From NCBI GenBank assembly GCA_900617105.1, contig UYFQ01000045.1, positions 1-41,992 on the forward strand: 41,992 nt of DNA, given 5' to 3'. The position numbers were made by a program, and so were the translations under genes. The notes under the pieces were generated by a model. That model searched no databases, was not told the DNA's origin, and saw nothing but the letters and a program-made list of their open reading frames with translations. The stretch comes from Hydrurus foetidus (taxonomy: Eukaryota). Shown here piece after piece: positions 1 through 10,689 of the stretch (position 1 is the stretch's first letter; the number at the start of each line of letters is the position of its first letter).

Positions 1-8
1 ATTAAATG

Positions 9-2881
9 CTAAAGTCCCCTCGAGGTCAATACATGGGGAACATTTAAGTGCCGTTGTGTCCACCATCGTTTGAAGTGGTTTGACAATGTCGAATGAAACG
101 GTACAAATTGACGAAAATAGTTGGCCAAGCCAAGAAATCCACGAAGGGGTGTTACTTCTTTAGGAAGTGGGAAGTTGAGTACTGTCTCAATCTTTTCTTT
201 AGACATGGATAAACCATCTTTGTCTATGCATCTCCTTCAAAATGGATTTGTGACAAAAAATCATCCGGCCCATTGGGCGGTACATTTCGGCACGTCTTGT
301 CACGCAAGAAAGGTGCGAAAGTGTCAGTCTTGTCATTGTCAATCTCGTCAACGGAGAGTGCGACACCGCTTGGCCATACGGCTTCCACGTCATAGTCTGA
401 TGTAACAGAGTCCCCAGAGGTATGTGTGAGGGTGGGAATCGAGCCACCACTTAGGTGCGGGGTATCACCCGTACGTTTTGCGAGTCTAGTTGTGACACTA
501 GCCAGTCGCTCACAACCCACATCACCACATGGACCTTGGGTAGCTACTCCCTCGGAACCAACCTAGGTAACGCTACACGTGAACGTTGCATGACAACCTG
601 ACCCCACGACTTCCTCAGTTAAAGGTGCGTGCAAAATGGCCTTCTTAGGTTTTGGCTTAGGGCAAAGGCCGTATGGTTCTCTTTTCAGAGCGAGTTTCGT
701 CTTAGTGATTCCCTTCAACAAATCATATGTTGGGGTAATCAACTCTACCTCTGGTTCTTCAGGTTGGAATCCCTCCGATATCATACGCCTGGTGTATTTG
801 CTCCAGTGAAGTGGGTCAAGCTTTGTTATCGCTTCCCTTTCTTCAAATTCGCGCCAACGAATATCCCTTTTCCTTTTGTTCTCCGCACTGAGCTCAGGAG
901 AGATACCAAAAGCAAAAGGTGTTAATGACATAAAATCATATTTATTTACAGTGTTGCGACTTAACAAAAGTTCAATATCTGTATTCCGATTAACTCGCAA
1001 GGTTAAGGGGATTGTGTGACATTCGCCATCATAAGAATGAAATTGGAGAGTCAAATTAATAATTTCGTTATTTATATAGCAATGGCCATCGAGACCAGAG
1101 CAAACAGTTATGGCTTTAGGAGCCTCATAACAGAGATGCATAGCATTTAATTTTTGAATCATAATGAAAGAAATGAAATCCTCAGAATAATTGGCGGTGT
1201 CCAACACGGCCTTGCCCACAATGCGTCGTACGCTAGTCTGGTTATCCGTATCCTTATCCTGTACCGAAACAGTAACGTTTAAGTAATTAGAAGGGAGGAT
1301 AGACGGGTCATGCAAATATTCATCTTGAATAAGCGTTGGAAGTGTATCGACATGTGAAATGAACGACACAACATCCGGTAGGTTTAAAATGTCAGATGAA
1401 TCAACATCATAATCATTTATACCTTGGTTTTGTCCCGCTGAATCGGAAGACGAGTTGGGTCCCCCCTGGGGTGGGTTGTATTTACCCCCACGGGGTTTTT
1501 CCCTTGGTAGCCTCTACCAGCACTCTGGTTACCATAACCTTGATTTTGGTTACCGCGGTTATTACCTTGGTTCCCTTGGTTACCCTGGTTGTTTTGGTTA
1601 CCCTGGTTATTACCTTGGTTACCGCGGTTATTACCTTGGTTCCCTTGGTTGGGGTTGTTTTGGTTACCCGACCCATGGTTATTCTTTGACTTCTTGTTAG
1701 TGAACATCAAGAAAGGAGGGGAACCAGCGGGGTGGTGCCGCTGACGGTTTTCGTAGCCAGGAAGGATTAACCTTTCCTGCCACATGGCTTCACCGTTGGC
1801 TAACCATGCCTGCCCAACAGCTGATTCAGACCATTGAATGGAGTGATCGTTGTTTGTGTCAGTGTAATATAACACGGGCATGCGGGAAGCATGTGTGCAG
1901 GATTTCCACACGAGCGGCAGACTCGAGGAGCCACTGGGGGTACATCCAATGAGGTACGAACCGCTAGGGTGCTTTTGCCGCTAGGTGGATCCACATCGCG
2001 AATCGCGAGTGTACTCTCCCTCTTCTGTGATGCACGTAGAGGAGGTACTGCGGTACTCGGAAACGAGTAGATGAGATCAGGATTGCCGTAGCTCCTGCTC
2101 ATTCGAATAGCCTCGCGCGCCGCGGAGACGACAGAGATGACGCGCATCATGGCGGACTCCCATGTAGGGGTGACTGTGTGTCGACCCTCTTAGACTCAAA
2201 GTAGTCTGATTGGATACGACTGCCACGAGCAAGTCGTCTCTCCAAAATCGTTATCAACTCCGTCTGTTGGTTGGGAGTGATACGGCGGGTGCGCTCGTAA
2301 TTGGTTACCAATTCTTTGTACGCCATGTACGTGCTCAACTCTTCCTCATCGGAATTTAATGAGTAATGAAATGGTACCTTAGCGAAAAGTTCCGCGAGAG
2401 TATGATCTGCATGGTCTCGTTGTTTATTCGAGCCAAAATACTGCATGATTAGTTTCGCAACATAATCAATGTCAAGTAGAGTCTGCCATTCGAACCTCTG
2501 TTCTAGTGTCAGGGCTGAATGAGCGGCGTCTGTCATAATCTTGACGTGGAGCAAGTCAATTGCTTGACGTTGCATGCATTCATTAATGCGTAAGCGAGGC
2601 AGCCGCTGAGCTTGCTCAAAGAAGCTCTCAGCGTCTTGCGGAGTGATGTAATCGCCTTTTAGGACGAATATCTCTCGCTGCATCTGCATAGTCTGTGGAA
2701 ACAAGATAGTCTGCGCCACCGAAGACTGTGAGGTTTGGGTGGCATTTAAAATACCCCCGTCCTCTTCTAGCACTTCCTCTTCCTCAGTGTGAACAACTGG
2801 AGGATGTTCGATGAGTTGACCCTCATCGTCGTAACGAGGATAAGATGCTTCTTCGTCATCTGTCATGGTATATGACTTCAA
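9..2881 (-). pseudogene. Frameshifted gag-pro-pol of element 1 with the RT core deleted
   Basis: Coding sequence is split over ORFs 2147-2881, 1800-2150, 1417-1911, 563-1369, 224-520 and 9-206. There is no YxDD-containing segment between the pre-RT linker and the RT thumb. Confidence 0.8.
1520..1680 (-). repeat. Low-complexity GNQ/GNN coding repeat in the Gag C-terminal region
   Basis: Repeated ttaccttggtt/ttaccgcggtt units translate to NQGNQGNNRGNQGNNQGNQ. Confidence 0.9.
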
Positions 2882-3440
2882 GACGTTATAAATCCGTCAA
2901 AGTCTAAGCAACGAAGGGATCTCCTCGTCAAAAAAATTTGCCAGAGCTTCGCCTTGTTAGCTTTGAGGGTACTTTACGCAAGTAACAGCGAATAAGTCGA
3001 TTTCAACCAACTCTTGTTGAGAAAATCTCTTAGGCGTGAAAGCCAATTTTTGAGTGGAGAAAATTTTTGGTGTCCGTAAAGGATGAAGGAAGTAATTCCC
3101 ACCAGCCAAAAGAAGTCCTTAGACTAATTTGGTGTCGCTAGCAATGAATCCAATGTTCAAATTGCAAACCGACGAGTTTGAAAGTGTCGAGTGGTGAAGG
3201 CTTTCGCGAATTCAACCAACTACGAACTTTGGAGACACCAATAATGGGTTCCAAGAGGAAAGAGGCTAAGCCCAACTTTCGCTAACTTAAAACTAAGTTC
3301 TTGGAGCGTAGCTCAGCAAGAATTCCGACTCCGAAGATGTCGTGAGTAATAATACTCAGTTGTTGGAAGTCGTAACTAAAGTTTGGACGAGTAGAGGGAA
3401 TTAGAGGCAGTAGAAATTTCCCCGAGGATAATAGATCTAT

Positions 3441-3883
3441 TGTGGTCAGGAGAGATGGAGAAAGGGGGCGAAGAGTGGTAGGCTTAGTTACAGAGTCGCT
3501 AGGCTAGAAGCTAGTTAACTTCTAAGTGGACGCTGCAGATGGCTACGACGATACTACAGCCTAACTGTAGTGTACAGTAGTAGTACCCGGTAGGATCCGG
3601 TAGAGTCGGTACCCGGTAGGATCGGGACCCTGGACCCGGTACTATCACAGCTGACATTCTTAGTCAAGTGGCTTAACTGCAGTGAGGAGCACAACTCATG
3701 GGAGCCGTGGAGTGCTCTAAGACTCACTGATCAACTGCACACCTACCTCAAGAACAACGGACTGAAGGCGCTGGTTCCACACAACCCGCATGGGGAAGAT
3801 ATGCCGGTGTGAGATTTTGCTCAAAATTTAGCCATTTTTTCGTCCGACGTTGGTTTTACGGTTTTAGTCAGTGAAACCTGACA
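3441..3883 (-). repeat. Putative 5' LTR of element 1
   Basis: On the + strand it begins TGTGGTCAGG directly after a 12-bp palindrome (same arrangement as element 3) and may end CCTGACA (imperfect terminal inverted repeat). It contains short internal ccggtag repeats at about 3587-3641. The partner LTR is outside the window. Confidence 0.5.
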
Positions 3884-4330
3884 TACTCACACACGGTCAA
3901 GATTGCCACTGTCGAACGTACGGCCAAGAGGAAGCTTCCACGGTCGGCACCTTCCCAAACTCTATTCTAGACTAGTTATTTTTCATCATTTTCACAATTC
4001 GATGTAACTTTTCTGCTTTAGTTTTAGTCCATATTTCTTTTATTGATGTTAAGAATAAGTAGTGTAGAAAGAGAGAAGCGGGGCCTGGGTCGTTTCTGGA
4101 AGGAGGAAGTGGGGGTTATGTGATGGTACAGGATTTAGTATCACGTTCCTACCTTTCCTAGTACCGTATAACCGTTAGTGCATGTGGCTGAGAGTCCCTC
4201 TGACATCTCGCAGCTTGATAGCTTACCTTGCAACCTTTGCATGCAGAGTTTTACACCTCTGCAAGCTCCCCCTCTCCTTTCCGTTGTAAGTTAAACTACC
4301 TTCCTGCACTCTACTAGTTTTTTTCGACTA
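3884..4330 (+). mobile_element. Possible 3' end (PPT plus LTR start) of another, plus-strand LTR element
   Basis: Purine tract GGAAGGAGGAAGTGGGGG (4098-4115) is followed 3 nt later by TGTGATGG (4119). No partner LTR or recognisable domain is visible. Confidence 0.3.
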
Positions 4331-4331
4331 A

Positions 4332-4931
4332 AAAATCGTCTTCATCCTGTCGACGCCGATCGAGGGAAATGGTGAGAACATGTTCCGACTGCGAGGCGGT
4401 GACAAACAACTTGCGGAACAGATAAAGAAATACATACTTATGTGCGACGTCCAAGCCTCATCATACAAGATGGGATCACTTAAGAAGACCAAGTGCATAG
4501 GCAGAAGAAGCTTTGAAGAATCACAATGGCTCGATGATGTAATACAATGGACCGTCAAAGCTGATCTCGCAGGCTCTGATCCGTTATTCTCGCGTCCATC
4601 AAATCGTCTACCAGGCAGCAGAATGTTCCTCACAGGAAAGATGGTCAGGACAGCAGTGAAAGAGGCCGTTGCTTCGGTCGGTTTACCACCAATTTTCTTT
4701 TCAGGTCATTCGCTTCGCAAAGCAATGCATACTCACATGAGGGCAGCTGGATCCTCAATAGACGACCGAAGAGATCGCGGTAACTATTCGGAAAATTCAA
4801 AGGTTGGGGATCAGGTGTATGATTATGCAGGAGCAGGACATGGACCTCTATCTTCCAATAGCTTGATTGGCGGATTCAAACCGAACGTTCAGAACTGTAA
4901 AAGATACGTACCAGCATCTTATGCGAAGTAG
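4332..4931 (+). pseudogene. 5'-truncated tyrosine recombinase (DIRS-like retroelement or Crypton remnant)
   Basis: FSGHSLRKAMHTHMRAAG...RGNYSENSKVGDQVYDY matches the HxxR...Y C-terminal catalytic motifs, preceded by PLF. The frame is closed by TAA at 4329-4331 and the first catalytic Arg region is not visible. Confidence 0.75.
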
Positions 4932-6081
4932 GTGATTACCCGGATCGATCGAACGCTATTTGGGGGGGATAACACCTACTCTCAGTTAGTATTCTCATGA
5001 GGGAATCTTCTGAGAGGACTGTTTTGAACAACACCCGATGTAGGGTATCTATGAATAACGCTTCAATTTCGGATCACGGTTCATTTTATTTTCTACTCTA
5101 CTATCTCCACGATATTGATGTCGGGAGTTCTTATTTGCACATCATATTCATACGCTCACGTACGGTTACAGAAGTCAAGCCCACAGCAAGGGGGTATTAA
5201 AAGGGGTTGGTTGTTCGGTCATTAGGTCATTATCGACTGAAGTGTGAGGCAGTAGAAACTCATGATCTCGATTTTCCATCAAACGATGCTGGCAAGACAG
5301 TATAGCGGAAATCGACCAGAGGTTCTAGACTTTTCCGCAGATTTCACAAGATGATATGGCCTTGTAGGTTACCCTAAATTCGTTGACTTTGAGAATACGC
5401 TACAGCATTGCAGAAAAATTGGGCACAATTGGACGGCAAATTAGTGGAAAATCGATGAATTCGTGAGTTTTGATCTCTACCATAGCAAAATTTGGGAGCT
5501 ATTTAGTTGTATACGAGAGGATATTTTCTTGAAATTTGCCAGGGTAATGATCAATATCCAGTTTTCATCTCGATCGAGAGAAGCTTACCGTGATGGGGAA
5601 AAGCCAAATGACGACACGCCGTCGCAGACAAAATTGTGACAAACCATCACGGCCGATGGGCGAGGACGCGCTGTAGTTCCTAAATTTGCTCGATGCTGCC
5701 AATCTGGAGATCGATTAGAGCATTCATGATGTCAACTGCATTCGGGTAGTTCAGAGTTGAGAGAGATATGGGTGAGAAAAATTTGAGTGGGGATAGGTCT
5801 CGAAACCGCCCCCTCTGTTCATTTATACCCCCTTGCACACTGTACCGGAACAGAATTCCACTGCGTGGCCAGACGTTTCAATTTTTCTGTACAGTCCAGA
5901 GAACCCACATTCTGATCCGTTCTATTCACAGCTTCAGATTGCCTACAGCCCACAGCAGTACGAACATACCGTGCTGCGCTGTATGTTAGTTGGTAATCTC
6001 GCATCTGGCATAAAAAAACTGGGTATTGAAGGTAAACCATTGAAGACTCAAGACGGGGCGGTACTTCCTAAAGTGGTGACG

Positions 6082-9000
6082 ATGGTCTGGCTAGTCATTG
6101 GCGCAGTCTGCATTTGCCGCATGGCACTTGCCGGCGCATCGTCCGAGGGCAACAGCGCCTTCAGTGATGCTGTGAATTTCTTCAATCTCAAAGTATACGA
6201 CAAAGCTTCAGAAGCGTACTGGAGCGCCGTAATGAGATTTTCCACTGGCGCCACATATACGGTAATAAAGAAGCACGCGGAAACAATCATGAAACTTGAT
6301 ACCTCATCAAGGCTTAGGGATACCCACAACTGGCTTTCACCATCTGAAAGGTTTTATCTCATCCGATAATCAAAATGCTACAGGTTGAAGCCGCTTTCAT
6401 GGGACTTATGAAATCGTACTCTGCTAGGGGCATGGTTGACGAAGGATACGTATTTGTGGGAGACCAGTACACCAGACGACAACAAATCTCAGAAGGTCTT
6501 GAATATTACAAGAAAGCACTGGAGGTGAGGCATATCGCTACATTTTGTCGCGACCACAAATAATGATTCGTGATTTTCGCAACTCTATTTTCGTCTTCAC
6601 CAAAGATCAATTCGAGCAACCTCATGGCCAACATCAATATGGCGCAGTACATGGACAGTGGAGATGAGACTGGAAAGAGAGTGAAATACGAGTATCTTAG
6701 GACTGCTTTAGATATTGACCCGAACAATTCAATGGTCAATCACTTGATGGGGCACTTCCATTTTGACAAGAAAAACTGGTTGAAATCGATACAGTTTTTG
6801 GATCGCGCCTATAATCTCGACAACCGAGCACTTGAGGCCGCGACCAGTGCTATTTACATACGGTTCACCATCTGCCACTGGGGCAGAAATGGTTCTCAAT
6901 ACAGAGATGACTTAAAGTTCCTCTCTGGGGCTGCTAAGAAGGAATGGGAGTCAGTACAATCAGGCAGTGTCGCTCCAGAAACCTCCAACATCCATCCTCA
7001 TATGTCACTAGGCTACGCCCTAGATCCCTTTCATAAACTGGCCATCGCGACAAACTACGCAAATCGAGAAATGCGCATGGTTCTGCATTCTGGGATGGTA
7101 CCTTTTGACGACACGTCTGCTTCCTCTAGAAAGCGCTATCTAAAACAGTCCAAGAAGAAAGCATTCCGCATCAAAGTTGGATATGTTTCCGCGAATATTA
7201 AATCAAAGACAACGGTCTACATGGCTCAGGTAAAAAACTGATCATCAGAGGAACCATCTCTTCTGCATTACAGAGAATCTGACGGAAAATATTGTAATGG
7301 AAAGATCTGATGGCTCAAATTACTTTCGCTCATTTTATTTTCTGTAGGATTTGATGAGGTTCCACGACAGGTCCAAATTTGAAATTCACGTATTTGCGAC
7401 ATCACCCCCCGACAATGACTTGTTCCTAAAAATATCTATGAGAGGAGTGGATTGGAGAGAAAAAATGAAAAATGGTGCTGAATTTTTTCATGACACTTCA
7501 TCGATGGACGCCAATGCAACATCTCATTTCATTAGAAATCTGGGCATTCATATCTTGCTGAATTGGGATGGTTACAGCAATGAAGGACTGAGGGCAACAG
7601 GCTTGTTTCCGATGCACAGTGCCCCTATTCAAGTAGCTCACCAGGAATACATAGGAACAATGGGCGCAGATTATATACAGTACCTCATAACAGGTACGGA
7701 AGAACAAGAACACTCGGTCTTCTCTCACTTTCTTCCCACTTTATTTCTTCATTTCCCCTTTCTTCTACTACCTCTGTCTGCAGTATCATCACTATTCTGA
7801 GTTATGTTTCTAAGTTGTTCTATTTATGCAACTCATATTTTCGTGAAATTCCTCGTGTCATTGAAATTTATGCGCTGTGTTTTACATTGTTTTCCCTTCT
7901 AAGCGCGGAAATCTCTCCTGATGCATCCTGTCCCGATTCTTCATCTACATTCAATTGTCTGATGAAGTATTCAAATTTTGTTGCTCCTTTGATTACCATT
8001 ACAGACAAAATTGCTTCGCCTCCGGAGTTCGAAAATCACTACTCGGAGAAATTTATTTATATGCCGAACAGCTTTTTGGCGAACTCGTTTGCTTACCAGC
8101 AACCAGACATGGATGGACCTCTCATAACTCTCCCACAGAACGATAATCCATCGGTGAATAAATGCAGATTGGATGTGAATCATGATTATGATGATGATGA
8201 CAGCGATGGCCCTTCATTTGTCTTCTGCAACTTCAACAAGCACTTAAAGTTCGATCCTGATCTATTCGCCCACTGGCTGGATACAATCGCATCCGTGAAG
8301 AATTCCTATCTCTGTCTTCTTGAAAATCCTTCCGAATCAAGACAATTCATCACTGAGTTCGCTGAGGAGCACAGGGAGGGCATTTCACACCGTATAAGAT
8401 ACCTGCCCTTCATCAGCAACCCCTACGACAATCAAAGACGAAGTGTGCGGTACTGTAGCGCTGTTCTTGACACCACCGTGTATAACGGCCACACCACCGC
8501 TGCTGATGCCCTGTGGGGGGGAGTGCCCGTGGTGACGAGAGGGGACGGGTCAGACATGGGGTCCCGTGTGGGTGCAAGTGTGCTTACTGCTCTAGGTCTC
8601 CCTGACTTGATAGCCTACACACAAGAAGAATACAATTCTATTGCATTGAAATTAGCATCCGATAAATTGCTCTACAGTGAAATTCGCAAAAGGCTCTTGA
8701 CAGCGAATCTGGTGACATCCCCCCGTAACCCCTTTTGGGATCTAGAGCGATACGTGCGAAACCTCGAAAGCGGCTTCACAGCTATCTGGAGCGACTACAC
8801 TCACGGGAGAGACGCGCAGCATGTTAACATCATTGACTCCGGCTTCAATTCATTGGGAAGTAAGGAAATCGATGGTGGCCATGACGACACGAGGGCGAAA
8901 ACGAGTGCTAAATCACGACTCAAGAAATCTCTTAAAAGCAAAAAGAATGTAACGAAAGCCAAGCCCGAACAAGAATCAAATCAAGACGTACTTAATGAGG

Positions 9001-9110
9001 AAGAGAAATCTCAAGAGGCACAACCAGAGAAAAAAGGGAAGAAAACTCGTCGACTGAAGAAAAAGTCAGACAAGTCGAGTAGAAAGAAGCGCTTCACCGA
9101 GGAGTTTTGA
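6082..9110 (+). CDS. GT41 O-GlcNAc-transferase-like glycosyltransferase with TPR-like repeats; 5 exons (6082-6261, 6384-6524, 6606-7229, 7348-7693, 8005-9110), 798 aa
   Basis: Four GT-AG introns give a continuous 2397-nt frame. OGT-type motifs are IHPHMS, KVGYVS, IHILLNWDGY, APIQ...GTMGADYIQYLITD, FCNFNKHLKFD and LDTTVYNGHTTAADALWGGVPVVT. The start codon is inferred, and the frame is open further upstream. Confidence 0.9.
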
Positions 9111-9909
9111 GCAGCGCAGATCTTACAGCCGTTTACAAGACTATTTTCATTTTCTCTGCATTTTAAGCATCTTTGGCTGAAGATATGCCGACCAATGATA
9201 CATATACACACTTTCTGAATCAATCATTACAATGAGGAAAGAAACTACATACATGAGAGGGGTTAATGTGGACAGATGGAGATTGGTAATGACACCGATT
9301 CCGGATAATTTCACTGTTATTTGGTGCTTTATTTTCCAGGTGGACAATTACCAACTCTACTGAGGCATTGATCATAGATGGACAATGTTTAATTAATTAC
9401 TAGAGGATATTACATGATGATGTTTTTCACGATGACATTTTCTTCCTAGAGGCCACATCGCGATGGCAGTTCCTAAGTATGGAGCAGAACATACTCCAGT
9501 AGCGATCATTTAAATTCATAAGTGTTTGCACAGTGCATGACATATATTGTCCACGACACCTATGATATCTACTGTTGAAGTCAACTCATCTACCAACTGC
9601 CTTCCCGCCGCAGTAATTTCCCCGAGATGCACTCAAGTATTTACATTACTACGATCAAATTATGTGTTGAAATTTCCTGATTTCAATTGAACTGTGGAGG
9701 TCTGCCTCATTTGCATTCTTGAAAGATTTAAATTCCGTTCCATTCGAAATAAACGGCTTATCATTTTCGGACACTCAAAACAGTCTGAGAGTTGACATAT
9801 GCATCGATTAAATTAGTGTATAATTTCATGAGAAGAGATAAGTGTCGACAACTGCATCCATAGTAACGAAACTTCCTACGCGATGCTGAGGCATTCGTTA
9901 TCAAGTTAT

Positions 9910-10689
9910 CTACGCGCACATGCATACTGGTGCACTGCATGACACGGCACTCGATGTGCAAACAGGAGGTAGTGGATCGCTGGCTGTCGAGTCGACATCA
10001 TCCACACATGTCAAAATAGCAGGGGCGCAGACCATTGGAGTGCAAGTTATCACGCAATTCACTGCGGCGATCATTGTGACTCCTGGTGCTCCGCTCACTC
10101 CTTGAAGGCCTTGGGAGCCGGTAGCGCCAGTACTGCCAGCCGTCCCCTGATTGCCCATCGCGCCAGTGACGCCTGTCCTTCCTGCAGCTCCTGCTCCAAG
10201 TTTGATAGATTGAGTTCTGACACAAGATTGTGGAGCGCGACATTCTAGGGTATCACATAGTTATTCAATATGTATATGACCTGTAGCTCCAATTGCGCCA
10301 GTTGGGCCTTGGGGACCTTGAGGGCCAACTGAGGAGCTCCCTCCGACATTTGGTATGATGTCAGGTCCAATTGGAATAATCGGAGGGTTACTCAATATTT
10401 GTATTGGCACATAGGGAGTGTTTGTGAAGACGGGTAAGGAGACTGGGGATTGTGTTCCTTTCGGCGATTTCGCTTTCGGAGATTTCGATGTCGGAGATTT
10501 CGATGTCTTCGAGATCTTCTCGGCATTCTGCAATTTGCGTTATGTCACCCAGTCAGATTCGCCACAGTTTCAAGGTTGAGTGGTTGCATTCACCTTCAGA
10601 AATGCGCTACCACTTGGTGCTGAAGTTGATGGGGACAGAGCAAGCAAAAGGATCAATGAGGCAAATTGGAGGTACATTTGAATGAACAT
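9910..10689 (-). CDS. Secreted short collagen-like protein, copy 1; exons 10689-10594, 10527-10281, 10190-9910; 207 aa
   Basis: Two GT-AG introns give a 624-nt frame: signal peptide MFIQMYLQFASLILLLALSPSTSA, a K/S/P-rich tract, 18 uninterrupted Gly-X-Y triplets spanning intron 2, and an 8-Cys C-terminal domain. Confidence 0.85.

Larger units (their letters stand above)
1..3883 (-). mobile_element. Degenerate Ty3/Gypsy LTR retrotransposon (element 1), 5' part; runs off the left edge of the window
   Basis: Minus-strand order is Gag-like ORF (2147-2881), zinc knuckle CRSCGNPAHMLPAC, aspartic protease (AVLDTANYSEDFIS, 563-1369), then RT C-terminus (LRGFLGLANYFRQFVP, 9-206). It shares motifs with element 3 (VCSGLDGHCY vs VCSGLDNHCY). 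The right boundary is tentative. Confidence 0.85.

Noticed and set aside
5833..6081. Long N-terminal extension of the GT41 protein
   Set aside because: The listed ORF start is not ATG and the sequence has no recognisable domain. It is kept only as a caveat to the signal-peptide claim.
9910..9925. C-terminal CMCA/CTCA as a CaaX prenylation signal
   Set aside because: The protein has a signal peptide, and these cysteines fit the disulfide-rich domain better.
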